Of a stretch of 64,000 bases of DNA, positions 37,678-46,771 are shown piece after piece. Location of the stretch: positions 269,049-333,048 of the forward strand of contig MFNK01000003.1 of NCBI GenBank assembly GCA_001782045.1, in the 5' to 3' direction. This stretch comes from Candidatus Levybacteria bacterium RIFCSPHIGHO2_01_FULL_36_15b. GTDB lineage: Bacteria > Patescibacteriota > Microgenomatia > Levybacterales > UBA12049. How positions within the stretch are numbered: the first letter of the stretch is position 1; every line of letters begins with the position of its first letter. Made by a program: the position numbers and the translations under genes. Under the pieces are notes generated by a model. The model had not been told where the DNA came from and searched no databases. It was given only the letters and a program-made list of their open reading frames with translations.

Positions 37678-39331
37678 CTCTAATTACCGGCGTGCCGTCG
37701 AGGTTATAAATAGTTTTTATTTCAGTGCCACTTGGAATCTCATCAGTATTCCCTATTAAAAGAGTATTAGGCATTTTAGAATCAGAAGACCAATCAATTG
37801 GCCTAAACTCATACTTACCAAAAGAATGGTGAGCTGCGTATCCACCGGCGCTATTTTGACCTATCTTTTGATACTGTTCTGGTGGGTACTTTAAATAAAA
37901 TAAAAAGAACATATATGATTTATCCATCGGCTGATCGTCCGATACAATTATTTTATCGTATTTAGTATCTAAAGCCATAGCAATGTCAACTGCCTCCTTA
38001 TAGCCATATTGCCAGTAAAAGGAGGAATAGTAATTCTGTTGAGCAAAATACTGATTAAGATAAAACATGAAATTAAACATAGCAAGCAACGCAAAGGCAC
38101 CGGTAAATAAAAGATAGGGAATTTTTCTTAAGTCTTTGCCTTTAGACCAAATTAGTAAATTTAGTGCACCAAGTGCTGCAATTATTTGCCACGTGGGTAA
38201 GAAATTAAGCGTTCTTACAGCATGAGGAACCTCGGTTGTAACTGATGCAGGCAATGGAGCGAGTAGAACCCAAGAAAAAAGAATTAGCTTTGTTTTAACA
38301 TCGATTTTTCCAAATAATAAGAAGTAAATACCAATTAAAATGAGCGGCAATTCAAATAAATACAGCATTCCCATATTTGGTGCATGATGTCTTGCAATAT
38401 CGCCTTTTAAAAATAGCCAGTTTGGGTCAAAATGTGAGATATATCCTGACACCATAGTTTTTGCATAAACTATTCTTCTGTTATCCAGGATTAAGCCTAA
38501 TTTATCATTGCGAGCCTTATCTTCCTCAAGTCTTTGAATATTATTTTTTAAAAGCTCCGTTTGATATGAAAAAATACTTGTTCCTGTAACCCGCAAAAGA
38601 GCGGCGCTGTTGGTAAAAATATAAAAAACCATAGGAAACACTAATAGTAATCCCAATAAAAACGATGAAGATAGATATTTTTTGCTAATAGAAAATAGTT
38701 TTTTCCTATAAATTAAGATAAGTGCTAAAACCAAAAGTGGAGTGAAGACCTTTTCACTTTGATATGCATAAATAGAAAAAGCTGCAAAAGATGCTGCCAG
38801 CATTAAAAATTTAGGTTTTTGTAGACCTTTAATAAAAAATAGTACTGTTAGAATATTTAATACGGCTCCGACATTTGCTTCAAATCCTACCCTTGAAAAT
38901 TGCAAAGACCATGGAGAAATAGCCATTAGCATTGCCGATATCAATGCTGTAATTTCTAATTTCCAATTTCCAATTTCCAATGAGGTCCTCAATAGTTCCT
39001 TAACTAAGAAATAGACGGCAATTACGGAAATAATTCCAAAAATTGCCGATGGAAACCTAACTGCGAAAGTATTTAGACCAAAAATTAAGACTGATGGAAT
39101 CGTAAGATATGTATATAATGCGGGTTTATAATCGTCAAACGATCTTAAAACAACTGGTAAAAACTTTCCATATTCGTCTTTTCCTGTTTGAATTATCGAA
39201 TAAGCATTGTATGCCAACGCTGCCTCGTCCCAATCAGGCGAGGGAGGAATATCTCCAAGTTGCCAAATTCTTAAAACCCCAGCAAGGATTAATATTGCTG
39301 ACAAAATAATTAATACTAGTTTTCTATTCAT
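37664..39331 (-). CDS. Glycosyltransferase family 39-like (PMT/ArnT superfamily; PMT_2-type) membrane protein
   Basis: ...LRIWQLGDIPPSPDWDEAALAYNAYSIIQTGKDEYGKFLPVVLRSFDDYKPALYTYLTIPSV...RFPSAIFG.... The DE motif in loop 1 is the hallmark of PMT/ArnT. Confidence 0.8.
   Translation of the reverse strand: MNRKLVLIILSAILILAGVLRIWQLGDIPPSPDWDEAALAYNAYSIIQTGKDEYGKFLPVVLRSFDDYKPALYTYLTIPSVLIFGLNTFAVRFPSAIFGIISVIAVYFLVKELLRTSLEIGNWKLEITALISAMLMAISPWSLQFSRVGFEANVGAVLNILTVLFFIKGLQKPKFLMLAASFAAFSIYAYQSEKVFTPLLVLALILIYRKKLFSISKKYLSSSFLLGLLLVFPMVFYIFTNSAALLRVTGTSIFSYQTELLKNNIQRLEEDKARNDKLGLILDNRRIVYAKTMVSGYISHFDPNWLFLKGDIARHHAPNMGMLYLFELPLILIGIYFLLFGKIDVKTKLILFSWVLLAPLPASVTTEVPHAVRTLNFLPTWQIIAALGALNLLIWSKGKDLRKIPYLLFTGAFALLAMFNFMFYLNQYFAQQNYYSSFYWQYGYKEAVDIAMALDTKYDKIIVSDDQPMDKSYMFFLFYLKYPPEQYQKIGQNSAGGYAAHHSFGKYEFRPIDWSSDSKMPNTLLIGNTDEIPSGTEIKTIYNLDGTPVIRVAGT
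38951..38978. repeat. Heptanucleotide tandem repeat (AATTTCC)x4, first unit imperfect, inside the coding sequence of 37664-39331
   Basis: aatttct aatttcc aatttcc aatttcc (28 bp). It encodes ...SLEIGNWKLEITAL... on the minus strand. Confidence 0.7.
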
Positions 39332-40950
39332 CTTGTATATGCTACCAAAGCCGGTACTCCGTTAAGTAAATAGAAAGTTTTTAAAATAGTAATATCTTCC
39401 GGTAATTTGTATGGAGTATTAATATACAGAACTTTACTAGAAGAACCGCGAGAATAATCATAGTTTTCCGGAAACAAATACTTTCCTACCTTTTCCACTT
39501 TTACAAATCCAAAAGCTTCTCTTTTAATTTTTGAGCTATTTCTAAATTCTTCTGGGCTTGATTTATTATAAAAAAGGTAATAAATATAAGGCCTGCCAAG
39601 GGCAGTGGTAACTTGGATATAGTCATAGTTTTTTTCTACAGACTTAACATAATCAACTGACTGTTTATAACCGAATTGCCATTCTCCAGAGTATGCCTTA
39701 GGATAATGCGCATAATAGTAGTGTGAAAAGTAAGCTACATTAACAAACAACAATGCAAACAATACCCCATAAACTGCTTTTTTATATCTATTAATCATTT
39801 CAAACACGCTTACGAATCCAAAAGCAGCTATTATTTGGAAAGCAGGAAGAGTCGTTTCTATTCTTAAAGCATGAGGGGTTTCTCTTGCAGTTGCTGCAGG
39901 AAGTATGCCTATTAAAATCCATAATGGTATGATCCACCAATTTCCCTCTCTTTTTCTAAATAACAAAAATATTCCACCCACAAAGAAGATAATGTCCCAA
40001 ATATACATTTGCCCTACTTCTTGTGTAGAAAATTTTGGATTTCCGTCTCCTTTTATAAATAGAAAACTAGGCGACAAGTTATCAAGGTAATGCTTTGCAA
40101 AATCTAATGAATATAAAACTCTTCTATTATTGAGTAACTTAGACCATAAGGCGTTATTATCATTTTCAATTTGCTGATTAGCTTTTTTAACAATTTCAGG
40201 ATTACTAAAGATATTTACCTCTTTAAAACGCAATGATGCCTGAGGAGTAAGAAGAAATGGGATTAAGGGCAACAATATTAAAAGTCCAATGATAAAAGAT
40301 AAAAAAACTTGCTTTTTGTCTTGCCAAAGCACTTTTCTAAAAACAATTGCAAGTAATATAACCAAAAGCGGTGCGACTATCCTTGAAGTATTAAACGTAT
40401 GCATTGATAGCGCAAAAGAAACTGCTGAAATGATTAAATACCATTTTTTATCCTGCACTCCTGATAAAAATGCCCATATTCCCAAAACTATGAAAAAAGA
40501 GGCAACATTTGCCTCAAATGCGCCTCTTGAAAGCAAAATATGCCACGGAGAAACAGCAAGAAACAATGACGAAACCAATGCTATTAATTCTGCGTTTCTA
40601 GATTTAGAAAAAATTCTTTTAACTAAAAAATACGTTAGAAGCACAGTCAAAACACCAAAAAAAGCAGAAGGAAATCTGGTAGCAAATTCATTTAGGCCAA
40701 ATATTTTAATTGGAATTACATCTAAATAGGCATACATTACGGGCTTAAAATCACCGAATGACTCAAAATAATCAACAGGTAAAAATCTACCAAACTCATC
40801 CTTACCGTCAATCCCTAAGGAATAAGCATTGTATCCCCAAGCCGCTTCATCCCACGTAAGTGAAGGAGGGTTAGAGCTTAGTTGATAAAACCTTAAAAGC
40901 ATAGCTATGACAATGATTAAGCCTAAAATAATAAATTTATATTTTTTCAT
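39328..40950 (-). CDS. Glycosyltransferase family 39-like (PMT_2-type) membrane protein, tandem paralog
   Basis: ...LRFYQLSSNPPSLTWDEAAWGYNAYSLGIDGKDEFGRFLPVDYFESFGDFKPVMYAYL...RFPSAFFG.... Confidence 0.8.
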   Translation of the reverse strand: MKKYKFIILGLIIVIAMLLRFYQLSSNPPSLTWDEAAWGYNAYSLGIDGKDEFGRFLPVDYFESFGDFKPVMYAYLDVIPIKIFGLNEFATRFPSAFFGVLTVLLTYFLVKRIFSKSRNAELIALVSSLFLAVSPWHILLSRGAFEANVASFFIVLGIWAFLSGVQDKKWYLIISAVSFALSMHTFNTSRIVAPLLVILLAIVFRKVLWQDKKQVFLSFIIGLLILLPLIPFLLTPQASLRFKEVNIFSNPEIVKKANQQIENDNNALWSKLLNNRRVLYSLDFAKHYLDNLSPSFLFIKGDGNPKFSTQEVGQMYIWDIIFFVGGIFLLFRKREGNWWIIPLWILIGILPAATARETPHALRIETTLPAFQIIAAFGFVSVFEMINRYKKAVYGVLFALLFVNVAYFSHYYYAHYPKAYSGEWQFGYKQSVDYVKSVEKNYDYIQVTTALGRPYIYYLFYNKSSPEEFRNSSKIKREAFGFVKVEKVGKYLFPENYDYSRGSSSKVLYINTPYKLPEDITILKTFYLLNGVPALVAYTR

Positions 40951-41531
40951 TTTTCTGCTTTAAACCACATATTAAATCCTAATTCAAAATACCCGCTTTT
41001 TATATTCTTAAATCCGGTGTTTTGAACCATATCTATTATTGTTTTTCTACTATGATGGCTTTTGTGATCATGAATTTCTTCCTCAGATATTAAATTAAAT
41101 TTTGACATCTGATGTAAAAGTTTGTCAGACCATGGAGGCGGAGTGGTAATTATAAAAATACCGTTCTTTTTTAAGATTCTGTATATTTCATTTAAAACAA
41201 GTGGAATTTTCTCTTGATCTATATGTTCAAAAACAGCCAGCATTGTTATTGCATCAAAAAAATTTTCTTTGAAAGGAATTGGCTTTTGCGAAATATTGGA
41301 TTTTATTAATTTTATCCCGTCGATATTTATATTTGAAAGGGAGGGGTCGATCCCATATTTGTCTTTGAATTCTGTTTTTGTTAAGAAGTAAGGATAAAAA
41401 CCACATCCGACATCCAAAATTCTTCCCGTTCGATATCTGTTAGGTATTAAATAGTTAGCTTTTTGAGCTCTTTTTTTAGAGAGAAAGTGTTCAAGAATCC
41501 CTGAACCTCGGGTAACTTGGCCATTGGTCAT
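40947..41531 (-). CDS. Class I SAM-dependent methyltransferase
   Basis: ILDVGCGFYPYFL, LKKNGIFIITTP. Confidence 0.75.
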   Translation of the reverse strand: MTNGQVTRGSGILEHFLSKKRAQKANYLIPNRYRTGRILDVGCGFYPYFLTKTEFKDKYGIDPSLSNINIDGIKLIKSNISQKPIPFKENFFDAITMLAVFEHIDQEKIPLVLNEIYRILKKNGIFIITTPPPWSDKLLHQMSKFNLISEEEIHDHKSHHSRKTIIDMVQNTGFKNIKSGYFELGFNMWFKAEK

Positions 41532-41533
41532 AT

Positions 41534-42244
41534 TTAATCTGTGAATCTATATTTAAAAAGGTACCAGATTGCTTTGCTTCCGTCCTTTACTGCGCTTATC
41601 TTCTTTCCTTCTTCATATCCCCGCGGTTTAACCTCTATTGGAAGTTCCATAATTTTATATCCTCTTTTTAATAGCTTTGCAGTAATTTCCGGTTCAAACT
41701 CAAACCCCTTAGCATTCATTCTTACACCGTTAAGAGCAACTTTTGGAAAAAGCTTGTAGCAGGTTTCCATATCTGTTATCCATTGACCATACAAGATGCT
41801 TGTAACTAGGCTTAGGAATCTGTTTCCAAAATAATGTAGCAAAAACCTAAAAGTTTTCTCTTCTCCTGCAAGACGAGGGAGTCTTTTTATTCTCGTTCCA
41901 TAAACTACTTTTGATTTTTTTTCTAATATTGGTTTTATTAACTGCCTGATAAACTTTGGATCGTATTCCAAATCGGCATCTTGAATAATTATGTATTCCC
42001 CGGTTGAGTTTTTAATACCTGCAAGAACTGCAGCTCCTTTTCCCTGGTTTTTATCTTGCAATATGGTTTTAAAAGATTTTGATTGAAGTTTATTTAATTT
42101 TTCCCGCGTTTCATCTGTTGAGCCATCATCAACTACTATAATTTCTTTTTCAACTCCAGGAATTTTTTCGTTGATAACTTTTTTTAGAATTTCTTCTACA
42201 GTTTTTCCTTCGTTATAAACAGGAATAATTATAGATAATTTCAT
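41534..42244 (-). CDS. GT2 polyprenol-phosphate-sugar synthase (DPM1/GtrB-like)
   Basis: MKLSIIIPVYNEGKTVEEILKKV...IIVVDDGSTDETREKL, ...DADLEYDP..., ...ITDMETCYKLFPK. 236 aa, no TM. Confidence 0.8.
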   Translation of the reverse strand: MKLSIIIPVYNEGKTVEEILKKVINEKIPGVEKEIIVVDDGSTDETREKLNKLQSKSFKTILQDKNQGKGAAVLAGIKNSTGEYIIIQDADLEYDPKFIRQLIKPILEKKSKVVYGTRIKRLPRLAGEEKTFRFLLHYFGNRFLSLVTSILYGQWITDMETCYKLFPKVALNGVRMNAKGFEFEPEITAKLLKRGYKIMELPIEVKPRGYEEGKKISAVKDGSKAIWYLFKYRFTD

Positions 42245-43161
42245 TGATACTTCCTTACCACTTGTTGATCGGATAATTTGAAAATTTTAAGATTGGCATT
42301 TCTAGATTTTATAATTTTGGGCAGCATTTTTAAAGCATTAAAAAAACCTAAATTAAAAGCAGTATCCAGGTTTAGTATCGCTTTAATGAAGTGATAAGGG
42401 AGCCATAAAAAATGCTCCAGCATTAATTTAGAATCGGTTAAGTTGGTCCACGCAAATATAAATTGATTTCTGTAGGCTGTGGCCTTAACTTTGAAGGGGG
42501 AAAAGTTTCTCTTTATAGTTCCCTTTTCGTGCTCGTGAAAAACAACGCTTTCTTTTTCAAAAAGAACATCATATCCTGCTTTTTGTGCGCGATAAGACAA
42601 ATCTATATCTTCCCAATAAAAAGGTGTGTAAAGCTCGTTAAGTCCCCCTAGCTGGTCCCAAAGAGACTTTCTGAAAGCCCCACTTCCTCCACTTACCCAT
42701 AAGGTATCGCTTTTATCTACCTCTCCCCTTTTGTGAACCAAAAATCCCCTTTTCCAGGTTCCTTCCCCTCTTCCTCGCAATACTATTGTATTTTCCTCAA
42801 CGCTTTTATCCATACATCCGACTGCAAATACCTTCTCGCTTTTAAAATGATCAAGAAGGGGCTTAAGAAATCCAGACTGCGGATATACATCATTATTTAA
42901 TAGAATTAAAATTTCTCCTGTTGCGTTTTTTGCCCCTTTATTTACTGTTATCGAAAATCCTAGGTTCCTATCGTTTTTTAATAGCTTAACTTGGGAAAAA
43001 TTGCTTACCACTTTAACTGATTGGTCTGTTGATCCATCATCCACTACTATTATTTCCGCATTGCCTTCTTTGTAGTTTTCAAGTTCTTTAACAAGCTTAG
43101 GTAAATTTTTCGACAATAAATTTTGTCCCTGGTAATTTGGAATAATAATGCTTAAATTCAT
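42241..43161 (-). CDS. Glycosyltransferase family 2
   Basis: LSIIIPNYQGQNLLSKNLPKLV...EIIVVDDGSTDQS, LLNNDV, YWEDIDLSYRAQKAGY. Confidence 0.8.
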   Translation of the reverse strand: MNLSIIIPNYQGQNLLSKNLPKLVKELENYKEGNAEIIVVDDGSTDQSVKVVSNFSQVKLLKNDRNLGFSITVNKGAKNATGEILILLNNDVYPQSGFLKPLLDHFKSEKVFAVGCMDKSVEENTIVLRGRGEGTWKRGFLVHKRGEVDKSDTLWVSGGSGAFRKSLWDQLGGLNELYTPFYWEDIDLSYRAQKAGYDVLFEKESVVFHEHEKGTIKRNFSPFKVKATAYRNQFIFAWTNLTDSKLMLEHFLWLPYHFIKAILNLDTAFNLGFFNALKMLPKIIKSRNANLKIFKLSDQQVVRKYQ

Positions 43162-43162
43162 A

Positions 43163-45412
43163 TTAAAAAAGAGTGTTTTTGAAAATTATCTTATGATTTC
43201 CCTTTGGAACAATTATTCCCCTAAAATTATAATCGGTCAAGTAAATTCGAGTTGGCACACTATCTATTTCAGCTTTCCACGTAGGATAAAAACTGTCAGT
43301 TAAGACTAAATACCCTTCATTCTCGTTTCTAGTTGATATAACTATTCTATTTTCACTGTATTCATCGATAACAACTTTGCCAACGCTCCAGTTTTTGGAA
43401 AGACTTTGTGAAGCTTCTTCAATAACCGCCCTTTGCTTAAAAGGATAATCATCAAACATTAAGTTAATTGCCTCATTTTTATCACGAGCAACTGTGGTTT
43501 TTCCTACAAAAAATGCTCTATCTATTACACGCGAATTATTGTAAATTTTTGTTTGTCCCTCCTGATAAACTTTTTCTAAATACGGCTCATTTATATCCTC
43601 CAAGCTTAAGATATATTTGACTCCGAGTAGATCAATTAATGGTGACTTGAAGTTTTGAGGCGTAATAATCCTATTGAACCCAAAAGGAGGTTCTATATTT
43701 GGCTCATTCCTTCCAAGTGCTGCCATAAGCTCAGCATATCTTCGTAGATACAAAGGGTCATAACCATCCAGAGTTTGAATTTTGTAATAAGTGGCAAAGT
43801 TAGGCGGAAAAATTTCTGCACTTGTAGACATAAAACGATAATTATTTAAATTCTCTTGTAAAAAGTTAGTTGTTTTTGTACTTGGAAATAAATATTTACT
43901 TTCCGCAAAGGTTGTATATTTCCAACCGAATCTGAAAAGGTCAAATAAAGTAATAACGACAATTATAATAAATAAAGTCTGAATAGCTTTCTTATTTTCT
44001 GATATTTTCTTAATAAATAACGTCACCATTAAAACTGACGATATAAATAGAAACAAAACCGTAGGTAACATTAAATTTCTTTTGGAAACGGCTAAATTTT
44101 CAGCTGTTATAAAGTCCTTTCCAAAAACTGGAGTAAAAGCCCAAAGAGAAGAAAATAGTATGAAAATAAATGATATTATAAAAATTATTTTTTTCTTTTC
44201 TTTGGTTTTTATAAAATAATCAACTCCAATAGCTGCAAGAACGCTTAAGCAAAAATCGATTACAAACATAAGTCTTGTTGGTTGCGAAGTAGAGATAAAA
44301 GGTATAGAAAATTTATAGGGTATTTTGGCAATAATACTCGGGTAAGCAAAAATAAATGCTACCAGTAAAATAAACCAAAAGAAAGCTGTGGTTTTATCTT
44401 TTTTAAATATTGAGAATAAAGCCATTATTAAGGGGAGTATTCCTACGTATCCGACAAACTCACCATAATTAAATTCCCCAAAATAATTAAGCGTTGCGGG
44501 GTTGCCAAAAAAATCAGGTGATAGGAATTGTACGAGATTTTGCCAAGGTACAAACCAACCAGCTATATTCCAATTAACTTGATCAATTGCTCTGGCAGAA
44601 TTTTCTATAAACTGTAACGTCGGAAGCCACTGTGGCAATGCAATAATTGTGATGGTCAAAAGGTAACCAATAAATAACAAAATAATTCTCGTACTTCTAC
44701 CGTTTTCAATCCATCTAAAGATAAAGTATGCAAGAGATACAGCAAACACATATGAAAATATTTGAAGGTGCCCAGCAAAAAAAGAGAAAAGGCTTGCAGT
44801 TGCCAATACTAACCACCAAATTGAGAACCTATTAAGATTTTTTAGAATTTTATCGATAGACAATAGCATCAAAGGAAGCCAAAGCGCAGTATGTAAAATA
44901 TTTCCCCATTCAAGCCAGGCAATAGCAAACCCAGAGAATGCGAAAGTAACTGAACCAAAATACGAAGCTATTTTGCTCATTCCTAAATTTCTTAGGAAAT
45001 AAAATAGGAAAAAACAAGCAAGCAGAGGCTGCAAAAATATAAGTAAGGACCAGGATGAAGAGAAAGGAAATATTAAGAATAGAATATTTAAAGGGTAGAA
45101 TGCTCCGGATTGGAAGTTTGCCAAAAGCGGTGTTCCGGAAAAGCTATACGGGTTCCAAAGAGGAAGCTGAAGTTTTTTCTCTAAATCTAGCACCAAATTT
45201 TTCCATGAAATTTGTTGCCTAACTGGATCTGTTATCAAAAAATTTTTAAAAGGAATTCCTCTGGGATAATCTTTCGCATAAAAATCCAAATAGGGATGAT
45301 ACAAACCGACTATAGTATCAGTAGGTATAGGCAATAAACCTTTAAACAGAAATTGCCAAAAGAAAATTGTGACAGTTGCTAAAATTAATAAACCTGGCAA
45401 AAATCTATTCAT
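43163..45412 (-). CDS. YfhO-family-like GT-C membrane glycosyltransferase (749 aa)
   Basis: N-terminal ...LPLWNPYSFSGTPLLANFQSGAFYPLNILFL... matches the conserved YfhO N-terminal motif. ~13 TM plus an extracytoplasmic C-terminal domain. Paralog of 46697-49051 and 60335-62722. Confidence 0.7.
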   Translation of the reverse strand: MNRFLPGLLILATVTIFFWQFLFKGLLPIPTDTIVGLYHPYLDFYAKDYPRGIPFKNFLITDPVRQQISWKNLVLDLEKKLQLPLWNPYSFSGTPLLANFQSGAFYPLNILFLIFPFSSSWSLLIFLQPLLACFFLFYFLRNLGMSKIASYFGSVTFAFSGFAIAWLEWGNILHTALWLPLMLLSIDKILKNLNRFSIWWLVLATASLFSFFAGHLQIFSYVFAVSLAYFIFRWIENGRSTRIILLFIGYLLTITIIALPQWLPTLQFIENSARAIDQVNWNIAGWFVPWQNLVQFLSPDFFGNPATLNYFGEFNYGEFVGYVGILPLIMALFSIFKKDKTTAFFWFILLVAFIFAYPSIIAKIPYKFSIPFISTSQPTRLMFVIDFCLSVLAAIGVDYFIKTKEKKKIIFIISFIFILFSSLWAFTPVFGKDFITAENLAVSKRNLMLPTVLFLFISSVLMVTLFIKKISENKKAIQTLFIIIVVITLFDLFRFGWKYTTFAESKYLFPSTKTTNFLQENLNNYRFMSTSAEIFPPNFATYYKIQTLDGYDPLYLRRYAELMAALGRNEPNIEPPFGFNRIITPQNFKSPLIDLLGVKYILSLEDINEPYLEKVYQEGQTKIYNNSRVIDRAFFVGKTTVARDKNEAINLMFDDYPFKQRAVIEEASQSLSKNWSVGKVVIDEYSENRIVISTRNENEGYLVLTDSFYPTWKAEIDSVPTRIYLTDYNFRGIIVPKGNHKIIFKNTLF

Positions 45413-46476
45413 TCTAAAATAATTTCTTTTAATTCTCTACAAAATCTTTCGCCTGCAAAATATTCCGCTCTTTTCTTTGCTGCAATAGATAATATATTTA
45501 ACTTTCTTTCATTTTTAGCTAATTCAATAGTTTTTTTCTTTAACTCTTCAATTGAGTTCCAAAGATAACCGTTTTCTCCATCTGTTATTATTTCTTTTTG
45601 TCCACCAGCATTAATTACAACGGGTACACATCCTGCTCCCATTGCCTCAACAGTTGATATGCCAAAATGCTCGGCAAATTCGGGATGTAAATTTAAATCT
45701 TCTCCAAAACCTGTTGCGTGCCAATATATTTTAGCTTTTGAGTAAATATCCCAAAGCTCGTCATTGCTTTTATTCACCAAAAATTCAATCGGATAACCAT
45801 TTGCAATTTCTTTGATCTTATTAAAATTTTCCTCGTCCGCACTATTAAGACCAACACATAAAACAAATTTCCAGTCTTTAAAACCTCCGTCAATCATTTC
45901 TTTAAAAGACTGTACCATCATGCCTTGTCTTTTATAATCTTCGTTGTTTACCCTTGCGTCTCTAAACCTCCCCACATGGAGAATATAATTTTCCTTCTTT
46001 TCCAGTCTTGCCTTAATTTCAATAGACGGATAAAGCACTTTACTTTGAATTCCAAGCTCTTTGTCCGCGAAGCTTTTTGTAAACGTTGAATTGCAAAAAA
46101 CTGCATTTATTCGTTTGAGCTTTAAACTACTTAATAAATTTGTCCTTACATTAGGAAGCGGTTGTTGAATATGTATAAATGTTTTGTTTGATAGGGTTAC
46201 GGGGATACTTCCATCGGAAAGGAAAATTATAATATCAAATTTTTTAGTTTCAATAATCTTTTGAATAAAACTGAATTTCGAGGAAAAAATATTTTTGTAG
46301 AAATTGACTTTCGATAGATCTATTGAAAATCTCCTCGTCAAGTTCTTAAACACTTCTTGGTCGTCCCAAAATACATAAACTTCATTATCTTTAGAAAGAC
46401 AAGATGCCAATGTCATCATGTATTTTTCTCCTCCACCAATATCGTCCAAATAAGGATCGAAAATTCCTATTCTCAT
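45409..46476 (-). CDS. Glycosyltransferase family 4
   Basis: ...AEHFGISTVEAMGAGCVPVVINAGGQKEIITDGENGYLW. Confidence 0.8.
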   Translation of the reverse strand: MRIGIFDPYLDDIGGGEKYMMTLASCLSKDNEVYVFWDDQEVFKNLTRRFSIDLSKVNFYKNIFSSKFSFIQKIIETKKFDIIIFLSDGSIPVTLSNKTFIHIQQPLPNVRTNLLSSLKLKRINAVFCNSTFTKSFADKELGIQSKVLYPSIEIKARLEKKENYILHVGRFRDARVNNEDYKRQGMMVQSFKEMIDGGFKDWKFVLCVGLNSADEENFNKIKEIANGYPIEFLVNKSNDELWDIYSKAKIYWHATGFGEDLNLHPEFAEHFGISTVEAMGAGCVPVVINAGGQKEIITDGENGYLWNSIEELKKKTIELAKNERKLNILSIAAKKRAEYFAGERFCRELKEIILE

Positions 46477-46537
46477 AGACTAATTCTATCAACTTTCAAT
46501 TTTTATTGCATAAAACTAAGACCTTCTCTATAATTAA

Positions 46538-46771
46538 GTGGTGAATAATTTTCTAATTCCGCAAATTCCCTCATTGCTTCTTTTTGCAGCTTTCCTTTGG
46601 ACTTTGCTTTGGAAAGGCATAGCACTATGGAGAGCCGCCAACTTAAAACAAAAGAATTGGTTTATAGCAATTCTTGTTTTAAACACGTTAGGAATTCTAG
46701 AGCTTGTTTACTTGTTTTATTTTGCTAAAAAAAGGCTTACCATACAAGAACTTAAATTTTGGGAAAAATAA
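46538..46771 (+). CDS. Possible small 2-TM membrane protein (77 aa, GTG start), PLDc_N-like pattern
   Basis: Two hydrophobic helices (LLLFAAFLWTLLW / WFIAILVLNTLGILELVYLFYF). Its 3' end overlaps the convergent gene 46697-49051 by 75 nt, which lowers confidence. Confidence 0.3.
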   Translation: MVNNFLIPQIPSLLLFAAFLWTLLWKGIALWRAANLKQKNWFIAILVLNTLGILELVYLFYFAKKRLTIQELKFWEK

